A DNA stretch of 64,000 nt from a virus. This document shows, piece by piece, positions 1 to 9,227 of this stretch. The notes beneath the pieces were generated by a model. It had not been told where the DNA came from. It saw only the letters and a list, made by a program, of their open reading frames with translations, and ran no database searches. The stretch spans positions 1-64,000 of IMG/VR virus record IMGVR_UViG_3300047673_000158. One strand, 5' to 3'. The number at the start of each line of letters is the position of its first letter. The stretch's first letter is position 1. Made by a program: the position numbers and the translations under genes.

Positions 1-35
1 GATGATTGCGGCAATATTAAGGGGTGGCCCATTAC

Positions 36-1487
36 ATGAGCACAGACTTTCTCCACGGCGTAGAAGTCCTGGAAATCAACGACGGTTCGCGGACCATTAG
101 CATTGCGTCCAGTTCGGTTATTGGCATCATCGGCACCGCGCCGAATGCCGACCCGGCCGCATTCCCGCTTAACACGCCCGTGCTGGTGGCTGGCTCGCGT
201 GTGGAAGCGGCCAAGCTGGTGGCGCTGACGACTTCGGCGGATAACGGCACGCTGCCGGATGCAATCGACAGCATTTTCGACCAGTCCAAGGCTGTTTTGA
301 TCGTGGTTCGCGTGGATGCCGACGTGGACCCGGCCGCGCAGCTTGCCAAGCTGATTGGCGGCGTTGACGCGAACGGCAATTACCTTGGCGTCCAGGCGTT
401 TGTGGGCGCCGAACACGTGACGGGCTACAAGCCGCGCATTCTGCTGGCGCCGGGCTTCACGCACACTCGCGTGTCCAACGGCGTTTCCACGCTGGCAATC
501 AACAACGCAGGCGCTGGCTACACGGACGGCACTTACGCGCTGGTGGCTACGGGTGGCGGTGGCGGCACGGGTGTGGCGGCCACGGCAACGGTGGCAGGCG
601 GCAAGGTTACGGCCGTTGAAATCACGAAAAACGGTTCAGGCTATACGGCCGTGCCGACGTTCGCACTTCCTGCTGGCGCGGGTGCTGGCACGACCCAGGC
701 CACCTTCACGGCGACCACGGGCACGGTGGCAAATGCGGTGGTTGCGGAAATGCTTGGCATTGCCGAATCGCTGCGCGCCGTGATTATCGCGGACGCACCC
801 AGCACCAACGACGTGGACGCCATCGCATACGCGGGCGATTTCGACAGCCGCCGCGTGTACCTGGTTGAACCGAAGGTAACGAAGACCGACAGCAGCGGCA
901 ACAACGTTACCGCCTTCACCAGCGCCCACACGGCTGGCCTGATTGCGAAGTCGGACAACGAACGCGGCTTCTGGTGGTCCCCGTCGAATCAGGCCATTAA
1001 CGGCGTGACGGGCACCGCTCGCGTGATCGACTTCACCATGGGCGACACGACATGCCGCGCCAATCTGCTGAACGCGAAAAACGTCAACGTCGTGATTCGC
1101 CAGAACGGCTATCGGCTGTGGGGCAATCGCACGCTGTCGAGCGATGCCAAATGGACGTTCCTGTGCGTTGTTCGCACTGCGGACATTATCGCGGACAGCC
1201 TGATGGCGGCGCACCTGTGGGCAGTGGACCAGGGCATTACCAAAAACTACGTCAATGACGTGGTGGAAGGCGTAAATGCGTTCCTGCGCAACCTGGTGGC
1301 CCGTGGCGCGATCCTGGGCGGCCAGTGCTGGGCAGACCCGGACCTCAACACGCCCGATCAAATCGCGGCTGGCGCTATTGCGTTCGACTTCGATTTTACA
1401 GCCGTGTACCCGTCCGAGCGTGTCACGTTCCGCAGCCACCTGGTGAATGACTATATCGCCAGCATTTTTTCGACTAGCGCGAGCTAA
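36..1487 (+). CDS. Contractile tail sheath protein (P2 FI-like)
   Basis: N-terminal FLHGVEVLE, GFWWSPSN and YRLWGNRT motifs; upstream of tube; ATG at 36 preferred over GTG at 24. Confidence 0.95.
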   Translation: MSTDFLHGVEVLEINDGSRTISIASSSVIGIIGTAPNADPAAFPLNTPVLVAGSRVEAAKLVALTTSADNGTLPDAIDSIFDQSKAVLIVVRVDADVDPAAQLAKLIGGVDANGNYLGVQAFVGAEHVTGYKPRILLAPGFTHTRVSNGVSTLAINNAGAGYTDGTYALVATGGGGGTGVAATATVAGGKVTAVEITKNGSGYTAVPTFALPAGAGAGTTQATFTATTGTVANAVVAEMLGIAESLRAVIIADAPSTNDVDAIAYAGDFDSRRVYLVEPKVTKTDSSGNNVTAFTSAHTAGLIAKSDNERGFWWSPSNQAINGVTGTARVIDFTMGDTTCRANLLNAKNVNVVIRQNGYRLWGNRTLSSDAKWTFLCVVRTADIIADSLMAAHLWAVDQGITKNYVNDVVEGVNAFLRNLVARGAILGGQCWADPDLNTPDQIAAGAIAFDFDFTAVYPSERVTFRSHLVNDYIASIFSTSAS

Positions 1488-1492
1488 AGCCC

Positions 1493-1999
1493 ATGCCGAT
1501 CCAGAATATCCGCAAGTATTTCAACGTCTTCTATAACGGCCTGGGCAAGGCTGGCAAGTGCGAGGAATTCAACCCGCCGAAGCTGGCCGCCAAGCTGGAA
1601 GACTTCCTGGGCGGCGGCATGTTCGCGCCCGCCGAAATCACGATGGGGCTGGAAAAGCTCGAATCGGATTTCACGCTGAAGTCTTACGACAAAGACGTAA
1701 TCGGCACTTTTGGCGTGACCGAAGGCACGGACATTACCGTGTCCCTGCGCGAAGTGCTGGAAGACGACGACGGCACGCAGACTGGCGTGGTCCACACCCT
1801 GCGCGGCAAGGTGAAGGAAATCGACCAGGGTTCCGTGCAGACTGGCACGGCCGCCAAGCTGAAGACCACGCTTACGCTGAAGTATTACAAGCTGGAACAC
1901 GGCGGCACCACAGTGCTGGAAATCGACGTGGTGAACATGGTTTTTAAGCGCAACGGCGTGGACGCACTGGCTAACGTGCGCAGCCTGCTGGGCATCTAA
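1493..1999 (+). CDS. Major tail tube protein (P2 FII-like)
   Basis: 168 aa, PKL...GGM motif and EIDVVNM C-terminus; follows sheath. Confidence 0.93.
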   Translation: MPIQNIRKYFNVFYNGLGKAGKCEEFNPPKLAAKLEDFLGGGMFAPAEITMGLEKLESDFTLKSYDKDVIGTFGVTEGTDITVSLREVLEDDDGTQTGVVHTLRGKVKEIDQGSVQTGTAAKLKTTLTLKYYKLEHGGTTVLEIDVVNMVFKRNGVDALANVRSLLGI

Positions 2000-2062
2000 A
2001 GCGACAAAGGGCTGGTGCAACGCCAGCCCTGAAAGCGACTTTCATAAAAAAAGGAATCATCC

Positions 2063-2362
2063 ATGGCTACCAAAACCGACCCGAAGAAAAAGCCCGAAGA
2101 CTTCGTGGAGTATGGCGAAGGCTTCGCGGACATTGAATTGTCGCGCCCGCTTGACGTGGCAGGCGTTCCGGTGAAGAAACTCCGCATGCGCGAGCCGACC
2201 GTCCGTGACCAGCTTGTGTATGACAAGCTGAAGGGAAGCGACATTGAGCGCGAAATAACCATTTTCGCCAATCTGTGCGAAATGGATGAAAAGCAGATGC
2301 AAACCCTTTCCGTGCGCGACTACCGGCGCGTGTCGGCGGCCTACTCGGGTTTTCTGGACTAG
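2063..2362 (+). CDS. Tail assembly chaperone (P2 gpE-like)
   Basis: LRMREPTVRD motif; between tube and tape measure. Confidence 0.88.
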   Translation: MATKTDPKKKPEDFVEYGEGFADIELSRPLDVAGVPVKKLRMREPTVRDQLVYDKLKGSDIEREITIFANLCEMDEKQMQTLSVRDYRRVSAAYSGFLD

Positions 2363-2505
2363 CGCCCGCGCTTATCCGACGTGGTGTGCTTTCCCTGGCC
2401 AGCCATACCGGCTGGGGTGAATCGGAAATATTAGGCATGGCCGCTTCGCGGTTCCTGTGGTGGATCGACGGTCTAAACGAACTGACAGCGAGCGATGGCG
2501 AATAA
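2347..2505 (+). CDS. gpE'-like extension reached by -1 ribosomal frameshift at G GGT TTT (2347-2353)
   Basis: In-phase XXXYYYZ slippery site just before the gpE stop; -1 frame reads LAPALIRRGVLSLASHTGWGESEILGMAASRFLWW, open and conserved in both copies. Confidence 0.82.
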   Translation, partial: GFSGLAPALIRRGVLSLASHTGWGESEILGMAASRFLWWIDGLNELTASDGE

Positions 2506-4537
2506 GCGGCTAAATGCCACAATCGTAATTGGCGGCACGATTTCCGGCGCGCTTAAGGGCGCGCTGGGTGCAGCCCAAAACGGGCTGAAGCAAATCACCA
2601 GCGAAATGGGGCGCGTGACCAAGCGCCAGGTTTTGCTGGGAAAGTCTATCCAGACGTTTTCCCGCATGGGCAAAGACGTTTCGGCACTGCGAAACGAGTA
2701 TGCGAAAACCGTTTCGACGCTTGACAACCTGCGTCGCGCGCAGGAACGGCTAAACAAATCCCAGGCGAGCTACACCAGCGCAAAGGAAACCCGTTCGAAG
2801 TTGAACGGCGCCGCCGTTAAATCGGGCGCGGCCGGGCTGGCCATTGGTGGCGTGCTGTCTACGGGAATCCACGCCGCTGTTAGCCGCGAAAACGAAGTAA
2901 ACATCATCAAGAATTCTGGCATTTCTGCGGAAGACCAGAAGGCGCTGATTTCGGCCGCCAGCGGTTCGCGCCAGTTCGGCGTTTCAGTAACGGATGCTTT
3001 CAAGACCGCGCGAGAATTGCAGGCGTCTTTGGGCAGCGTGCACCACGCGGTGGAGGCGCTGCCGCTTGCACTTAAAGCGCGTTCCGGGCTGCAACTCTAC
3101 AACCGAGAGCATGCGGGGCACGAAGTCAGCGAAGACGCAATTTACGCGCTGACGAAGATTGCAGACGAGCGCGGCGGGGCGTCTAGCGCAGAAGAAATGC
3201 GCAAGCAAATGAATGCCGCGTTCAAGGGCATTACGGCATCGCAGGGCAAGGTTTCCGCAGAAGACTGGCTGACTGCGCAGCGTGGCGCGAAGGCCGCAGG
3301 TATCGGCGCGAAAAATGAAGCGTTTTTCGGTGATTCATTCATGGTTCAGGCGCTGAGTGCGGCGGGCTATGGTAAGTCACTAAGCACGCTGAATAACGCC
3401 TGGATCGGCGGGCACCAGGACGCGCACAAGTTCACCAACATGCTGAAAGATGGCCTGCTGGACCCTAAAAAGGTGAAGCTAAAAAATGGCTTGGTGACAG
3501 GTTATACGTCTGATGCTCTGTACGGTAGCAAACTGCTGATTCAGGATCAACAGGCATGGGTGGAAAAATACCTGCTTCCGCTTGCCAAGAAAAAAGGCGT
3601 GAACCTGAAGGATTCCGCCGCAGTCCAGAAATTCACCGCTGATTACACGTCGAACACGAACGCTGGCAATGTGCTGTTCCAGCGCATGTTTAACCATGAA
3701 GCCATTGGCCGCGACCGTGGATGGTATGGAACAGCGCACGACGCCGAGCAATCGGACCAGGAAAACCAGAAATCGACGGCGGGCAAGATGGACAACGCCC
3801 GCGCCCGGCTGGATGACGCGCAGACCCGCGTGGGCGACGTGCTTATCCCGACTTTCGCCAGCGCCATGGAACGCCTGGCCACGGGGCTGGAATCCGTCAA
3901 CAAATTCGCGGACGCAAACCCGAAGCTGATGGAAGGCGTAGTGCTGGGCCTGGGTGGCCTGGCGGTGGGCCTGACAGTGGCAGCGCCCATTCTGGCCACG
4001 GTGGGCGGCGCCCTGACGCTTATTGCAGGAATCAAGCTGGCGCGTGCGGTTGCTTCGCTGCGCGATCTGAAGACGGCCGCAGAAGGCGTGGGACCGGCAA
4101 CGGGCGGCGCAGCGAAGGGCATATGGGGATTTCTCGGAAAGCTGGGGCTGGTGGCGGGGCTGGTGGAAACCGGGCTGGCCGTGGCGAAGGCTGCCGGGCT
4201 GCCTGACGTGGACAAGGAAAAGGGCTCGGACGACGTTAAAAACGGCCGCTGGTGGGCCGCGTCGGCGCACCTGAACCCGGTTGATTTCGGCGCGGCCGTA
4301 TGGCGTCACATGACGGGGAAAGACCAGGACGCAGGCCAGGCCGCCGCGCCGACCATCCCGCCGATTGCGAGCGGCCGAAGCGGTGGTGGGCAGACCATCG
4401 ACCAACGCCAGTATCACGTGGAATTCCACCAGCAGCCTGGCCAATCCGGCAAAGACGCAGCCCGCGAGGTGGTAACGCAGCTTGGCGCACCGCACGCGGC
4501 GGCGCTGGGTTCCGGGCTTTACGATTCGGGAATGTAA
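2495..4537 (+). CDS. Tail tape measure protein
   Basis: 680 aa, Ala/Gly-rich, helical with hydrophobic segments; position after chaperone. Confidence 0.9.
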   Translation: MANKRLNATIVIGGTISGALKGALGAAQNGLKQITSEMGRVTKRQVLLGKSIQTFSRMGKDVSALRNEYAKTVSTLDNLRRAQERLNKSQASYTSAKETRSKLNGAAVKSGAAGLAIGGVLSTGIHAAVSRENEVNIIKNSGISAEDQKALISAASGSRQFGVSVTDAFKTARELQASLGSVHHAVEALPLALKARSGLQLYNREHAGHEVSEDAIYALTKIADERGGASSAEEMRKQMNAAFKGITASQGKVSAEDWLTAQRGAKAAGIGAKNEAFFGDSFMVQALSAAGYGKSLSTLNNAWIGGHQDAHKFTNMLKDGLLDPKKVKLKNGLVTGYTSDALYGSKLLIQDQQAWVEKYLLPLAKKKGVNLKDSAAVQKFTADYTSNTNAGNVLFQRMFNHEAIGRDRGWYGTAHDAEQSDQENQKSTAGKMDNARARLDDAQTRVGDVLIPTFASAMERLATGLESVNKFADANPKLMEGVVLGLGGLAVGLTVAAPILATVGGALTLIAGIKLARAVASLRDLKTAAEGVGPATGGAAKGIWGFLGKLGLVAGLVETGLAVAKAAGLPDVDKEKGSDDVKNGRWWAASAHLNPVDFGAAVWRHMTGKDQDAGQAAAPTIPPIASGRSGGGQTIDQRQYHVEFHQQPGQSGKDAAREVVTQLGAPHAAALGSGLYDSGM

Positions 4538-4540
4538 GAC

Positions 4541-5482
4541 ATGGCAGCAGACAGCGGAAACCTGCCCACAATGATGGTGCTGGGTGATTACATTTTCTCG
4601 CTCAATACCCTGGTTTTCCAGGAATGGGCGCGAACGACAGAATGGAAGTGGCCAGCGCAGGAACGCATGGGCCAGCTTGCCGCGAAGCAATTCACGGGGC
4701 GGGGCGAAGACGCGCTGGAACTGCCGGGCGTGATCTATCCCGATTTCGCGGGCGACATTCAGAGCCTGGATGAACTGCGCGCCATGGCTAACGACGGGCT
4801 GCCATACGATCTGACGGACAGCCTAGGCTATTACCAGGGCCGCTGGGTTATCAACCGGCTGGACGAAAAGCAGACGCACCACAAGACGGACGGCACGCCG
4901 CGCAAGGTGGAATTTACTCTGCGCCTGTCCATCTTTGACGACGGCACGACGGCCGACGACGGCAGCAGTGTGCTGGACAAGGCCAGCGGGCTGGTGACGG
5001 CAACGGCCACGGCAACCGGCACCACCAGCGCCCTATCCGGGTTCGCGAGCATGGCAAAGACCGTGCAGACCACGGCCGCCACGGCGCTGGGCAGCCTGAA
5101 GGCGGCAGCCGCGCAGGTGCAGACTGTCGTGGGGCCTGTGCTGGCCGAAGCAAACAGCGCTGTGGGCGCGCTGAACCGTTCCATTTCCGTGGTGAATGAT
5201 CTGCGATCCACGGCCGCCAACGTGGCCGCGCAGGTGCAATCCATCGGCAATATCGGCGCGGTACTGAGCGGGTCAAAAACGCTGCTGGACAAAATCGAGG
5301 CGCTAGGCACCAGCGCTTCGTCGGCAACCCGCGTTATCGGGAATATCGGCCTTGTGGCGGGTTCCGTGCCGTCCAGTGTGTCCATGGCCCTGTCGAGCGC
5401 GAGCAACGCCACCACGTCCGTTTCCAGCCTGCTGGATAGCACAAAAACAGCCGCCAGTTCCCTGCTGGCCAAATTCTCATGA
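4541..5482 (+). CDS. P2 gpU-like tail protein with long Ala/Ser/Thr-rich C-terminal extension
   Basis: MMVLGDYIF...QFTGRGED...LPGVIYP...G.PRKVEFTLRL gpU pattern. Confidence 0.85.
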   Translation: MAADSGNLPTMMVLGDYIFSLNTLVFQEWARTTEWKWPAQERMGQLAAKQFTGRGEDALELPGVIYPDFAGDIQSLDELRAMANDGLPYDLTDSLGYYQGRWVINRLDEKQTHHKTDGTPRKVEFTLRLSIFDDGTTADDGSSVLDKASGLVTATATATGTTSALSGFASMAKTVQTTAATALGSLKAAAAQVQTVVGPVLAEANSAVGALNRSISVVNDLRSTAANVAAQVQSIGNIGAVLSGSKTLLDKIEALGTSASSATRVIGNIGLVAGSVPSSVSMALSSASNATTSVSSLLDSTKTAASSLLAKFS

Positions 5483-5700
5483 CAGCACAATACCTTTCCC
5501 GCGAAGGCGACACGCTGGACTATATCGCCTGGGCGCAATACGGGACCGTCACACCGTCGATTCTTAACGCGGTGCTGGCAGCTAACTATGGGCTGGCCGA
5601 CCTGGGGCCGGTGCTGCCGGTGGGAACCGTCGTGGCGCTGCCTGAAATCGACGTGGCAACGGACGTGGCGACCACGGGCGAGGTTTCGCTATGGACGTGA
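5479..5700 (+). CDS. Tail protein X (P2 gpX, LysM-like)
   Basis: GDTLDYIAW...VLAANYGLADLGPVLPVGTVVALP...SLW. Confidence 0.92.
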   Translation: MTAQYLSREGDTLDYIAWAQYGTVTPSILNAVLAANYGLADLGPVLPVGTVVALPEIDVATDVATTGEVSLWT

Positions 5701-6749
5701 GGATTACGCCGTCGTTCTCACTGAAGGCGAACGACAACGACATAACGGCCACCATCGTGGACCGTTTCGTGTCGCTTTCACTGACGGACGAAACCGGCGA
5801 CAACGCGGACAAGCTGGAAATCGTGCTGGCCGACCATGACGACGCGGCGCGCATCAAAAAGCCGCCCACGGGTGCGGAAATCGCGCTGTCGCTGGGCTAT
5901 GACGGCGTGATGACGGCGAAAGGCATTTTCGTGTGTGATAGCGTGCGGCGCACGGGCTGGCCGCGCGAGCTAACAATTGTGGCGCACGCTGCGCCGTGGG
6001 ACGAAACGCCGAAAGGCAAAATAGACTTTCAATCCCACAAGTCGCGGGCGTGGAAGGTGGGAACGACCATCGGCGCCATGGTCCAGAAGATGGCGAAAGA
6101 GCATGGCATGACTGCGCTGGTTTCGCCATCGCTGGCCAGCGTGGCGCTGCCGCACATTAACCAGTCCGAAGAATCGGATATAAACCTGCTGCTGCGCATC
6201 GCGAAGAAATACGACGCCATAGCGAAGCCTGCCGGTGGAAAGCTGATTTTCACCAAGCGCGGCGACGCCACGACGGTAAGCGGCACGGCGCTGCCTAAAA
6301 TTCCGGTGGCGGCCAGCGATTGCGGCGCATTCCAGTGGGAAGAATCCACGCGCGAGTCGGCAGGCACCGTGGTGGCCTATTACCACTCGAATCGCAGCGC
6401 GAAGCGGCACGAAGTAACGGCGGGCACGGGCGAGCCGGTAAAGCGGCTGAAACAGTATTTCCCCACGCCCGCCATGGCCCTGGCTGCCGCAAAGGCGGAA
6501 CTAGCGAAGCGTGCGCGCGGCGCGTTCCGGTTCAACCTGAACATTCCAGGCGAACCGCGATTGACGGCAGAATGCCTGCTGGACGTTACCGGGTTCGGTG
6601 ACGAAACAGACGGCGAATGGCTGGTGAAGCGCGCGATTCACAACATGAGCAAAGACGCTTATCGCTGCGTGGTTGACTGCGAAAAGCCGAACAGCGACGC
6701 CGAAGTGGAAGCAGTCATGAATGGCACGGAATCGGACGCGGCAGACTAG
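5691..6749 (+). CDS. Baseplate hub protein (P2 gpD-like)
   Basis: SLSLTDETGDNADKLEIVL, QSEESDINLLLR motifs; follows gpX. Confidence 0.92.
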   Translation: MDVRITPSFSLKANDNDITATIVDRFVSLSLTDETGDNADKLEIVLADHDDAARIKKPPTGAEIALSLGYDGVMTAKGIFVCDSVRRTGWPRELTIVAHAAPWDETPKGKIDFQSHKSRAWKVGTTIGAMVQKMAKEHGMTALVSPSLASVALPHINQSEESDINLLLRIAKKYDAIAKPAGGKLIFTKRGDATTVSGTALPKIPVAASDCGAFQWEESTRESAGTVVAYYHSNRSAKRHEVTAGTGEPVKRLKQYFPTPAMALAAAKAELAKRARGAFRFNLNIPGEPRLTAECLLDVTGFGDETDGEWLVKRAIHNMSKDAYRCVVDCEKPNSDAEVEAVMNGTESDAAD

Positions 6750-6879
6750 CCGAAGCCGTATTATCCAGATGAACGAAACGCCGACCGTTCGCCACCGCTG
6801 CCGCCGCCCCGCGCGTCCCTGGATGCCAGGGCAGCGGGGTTTATCCAGATGAACGCAGGCCGCCCGCCTGCGCTTCGTT

Positions 6880-7521
6880 TTAGTCTTCCTCGCCTTCCAC
6901 GTCCATGGCCCCATGAAGCGGGCAGGGCGGGCGGCCGACTTCCAGCCACTTGCGCGTGATTCGAACCGTGTAGCCGCATTCGGCGCACATGGCTTTGAGA
7001 AGCCGGGCGGATTGCTTTTTGGGGCCGGTGGAAATTTCCGCTTCGCCTTCGCCATCCAGGCCAGAACCTTCGTCGCCTTCCCCGCGCTGCTGGCCCCGCG
7101 CATTGGTCCAGCGCAGGCTGGCGTGCGGGATTTTGCCCAGCTTGTCAATGAACGGCTGCGCCCACTCTTTGAACGCATCGCCCGGCGTGGTGGCTGTGAG
7201 CGGCCGATTCATGCCCAGCGCCAGCACGACGCGGGCAAACGCGCCCTGGTGGCCGCATTCGAACCCCACGGCCGCGTGGGCCAGTTCATGCGCCAGGTGG
7301 CACGAAATCATCATTGAATCCGCTTCGTCCGGGCGAATGTGAATCTGGAAACGCTTGTCTGCGCTATTGCTCGAATGCCAGCACTCCGCTGCCGCCTTGC
7401 CGTCTTTGCCTGCGGACGGGAAGCCCACGGACACATAGAACGGCGGCAGCGGGTGGCCCAATTCTTCGAAGCGCGGGGCCATGAGGTTTGCCATTTCGTT
7501 AAGCCAGGTTTCGCGGTTCAT
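6880..7521 (-). CDS. SprT-like zinc metalloprotease with C-terminal Zn finger
   Basis: HELAH...GH zincin motif; CAEC...CPLH; start matches copy 2 ORF. Confidence 0.75.
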   Translation of the reverse strand: MNRETWLNEMANLMAPRFEELGHPLPPFYVSVGFPSAGKDGKAAAECWHSSNSADKRFQIHIRPDEADSMMISCHLAHELAHAAVGFECGHQGAFARVVLALGMNRPLTATTPGDAFKEWAQPFIDKLGKIPHASLRWTNARGQQRGEGDEGSGLDGEGEAEISTGPKKQSARLLKAMCAECGYTVRITRKWLEVGRPPCPLHGAMDVEGEED

Positions 7522-7602
7522 GCTGAAAGTCCCTTTCATGTTGTTTTTCGTTTAAACGCGAAGCACTGTAACAGGCTTTTACGTTTAAACGCAAAAGAAC
7601 GT

Positions 7603-7633
7603 AAAAAAGCCCGTGGTGAAGAAACCACGGGCC
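7603..7633 (-). terminator. Intrinsic terminator after ssb
   Basis: GCCCGTGGT/ACCACGGGC stem followed by T6 on the minus strand. Confidence 0.75.
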
Positions 7634-7660
7634 TATCGTTTTCAGCTATTAAGCGATCGC

Positions 7661-8128
7661 TTAAAATGGTATGTCGTCGTCCATTTCATCGAATCCGCCG
7701 CCGCCTGCTGGCTTGCCTGCTGCGGCCGGGCGTTCCTGTCGCGCTGGGCGTTCGCTGCGCTGGCCACCATCGCCCGGCGATCCGCCGCCATCGCGGGGGC
7801 TGCCCAGCATTTTCATGGTATCGGCCACAATTTCCGTGCTGTAACGGTCGGTGCCGTCTTGCGCTTGCCACTTGCGCGTTTGAATCTTGCCTTCGATATA
7901 AATCTGGCTGCCCTTCACCAGGTATTTGCTGACGATTTCCGCCAGCTTGCCGAAGAATGCGACGCGGTGCCATTCGGTACGTTCCTGTTTGGCGCCGTCT
8001 TTGTCTGTCCACGTTTCCGTGGTGGCCATCCTGATATTGGCCACAGCGTCCCCGCTGGGCATATACCGTACTTCAGGGTCCGCGCCCAGGTTTCCGATTA
8101 GCAAAACTTTGTTCAAATATGCGGGCAT
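7661..8128 (-). CDS. ssb: Single-stranded DNA-binding protein
   Basis: [25 protein letters not shown]-terminal DDDIPF. Confidence 0.98.
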   Translation of the reverse strand: MPAYLNKVLLIGNLGADPEVRYMPSGDAVANIRMATTETWTDKDGAKQERTEWHRVAFFGKLAEIVSKYLVKGSQIYIEGKIQTRKWQAQDGTDRYSTEIVADTMKMLGSPRDGGGSPGDGGQRSERPARQERPAAAGKPAGGGGFDEMDDDIPF

Positions 8129-8164
8129 GAAAGTTACTTTCCGAAAGTGTGTGTGGTGCTGCTG

Positions 8165-8443
8165 TTAAGCGAAACTGGACGGCTGGGCGACTGCGCGAGT
8201 AAGGAACATGAAGCCCGTTTGAAGGTGGCGCTTGCCTTCTTCTTCCCAGCCCATGGCATCCACGGCGACGCCTTGCAATTCTTCGTCACCGCGCGCCGCA
8301 TTGTACTGTTTTGCGGTGCGGGCTTGGACCGCTTCCACCAGCTTGCGCGTTTCTTCCCCGTGCGCCTTGATACGGCTCATCAAGTCGATTGTCTCCTGGT
8401 CCAGGTCTTTGTAGCCCGAAATCAGTTTGTGTTGGTCTTTCAT
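8165..8443 (-). CDS. acb2: Acb2-family anti-CBASS cyclic-nucleotide sponge homologue
   Basis: QHKLISGYKDLDQETIDLMSRIK...QTGFMFLTRAVAQPSSF matches the recalled Acb2 pattern, with Y11 and K26 at the same positions. Confidence 0.85.
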   Translation of the reverse strand: MKDQHKLISGYKDLDQETIDLMSRIKAHGEETRKLVEAVQARTAKQYNAARGDEELQGVAVDAMGWEEEGKRHLQTGFMFLTRAVAQPSSFA

Positions 8444-8503
8444 TTTGGTGGTCCTTTTCTTGCTGGGGATCGCGGAACTAAATATGCGCTCCGCGTACTT
8501 CGA

Positions 8504-8731
8504 TTATCTGCGATACCGTTCGTATTCCATAGCGCAGTTTGGCCCGCAAAACAGGCGCTTTTCTGCGTTTTGGGCGAACGGTTCCGCGCACCGTGGGTTT
8601 TTACAGCAGCCTTCTGCAACCGGGCGCGGCGTGGCCAGCGCGCGTGCCCGTTGAGCCTGGATGGATTGCGCCAGGTCAATCTCGATTCTGTGCTGGGCCT
8701 GGTCCAGCACGTCCGAAAACTGTTCAGCCAT
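8504..8731 (-). CDS. TraR/DksA-like C4 zinc-finger protein
   Basis: SDVLDQAQ (DxxDxA) N-terminal helix plus C-x4-C...FC-x3-C; true start is the internal ATG at 8731. Confidence 0.7.
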   Translation of the reverse strand: MAEQFSDVLDQAQHRIEIDLAQSIQAQRARALATPRPVAEGCCKNPRCAEPFAQNAEKRLFCGPNCAMEYERYRR

Positions 8732-9227
8732 TTGCTTGGTTCTCTGCGCGTTCCATGGCGATGACGGCGCCAGCCAGGTAATTAATTGCGCCGAGCAGTT
8801 CGCGCACGCCAGCGCCGTGCGGCAGGCGCTGCGATTCTTCGGATTTCTTGAACGCCTGGCCCAGCAGCGAGCCGACGCCGAAGCGCCGCGCCATGTCCTG
8901 CATAACCTGCGCGTCGAACGGTTCGCCGTCTTGCGCGTGGCGTTCGGCGCCCTTGCCGTGGGCCGCCTGCTGGAAAGCGCGAGCCAGCACGCGGGCAAGG
9001 CTCTGATAGCCCGGCGCGTCCAGCAGCACGCCGGATTCTGCGTGCGACTTCTGCGGCACCACTTCCAGCGCGCCGAAATGGAAATGGTCGTGTGCGCCGG
9101 GCTGCTTGCTGGCAAGCTGCACCACCACCATGCTGCCGTCAAACCGCACCACGCGGCCGTCGCAGCCCGCCATGGGCACGTGCACCGTGTCGCCCACGGA
9201 TACGGAAAGGGTATTGGTGGCTGTCAT
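8724..9227 (-). CDS. Conserved phage protein (GKGxERHA...ELLGAINY helical domain)
   Basis: Coupled to neighbours, conserved in copy 2; function uncertain. Confidence 0.7.
   Translation of the reverse strand: MTATNTLSVSVGDTVHVPMAGCDGRVVRFDGSMVVVQLASKQPGAHDHFHFGALEVVPQKSHAESGVLLDAPGYQSLARVLARAFQQAAHGKGAERHAQDGEPFDAQVMQDMARRFGVGSLLGQAFKKSEESQRLPHGAGVRELLGAINYLAGAVIAMERAENQANG

Noticed and set aside
6761-6780. Hammerhead ribozyme core suggested by CAGATGA...GAAAC
   Set aside because: Core reads CAGAUGA rather than CUGAUGA, stem II is absent, and copy 2 changes it to CAGAUGG
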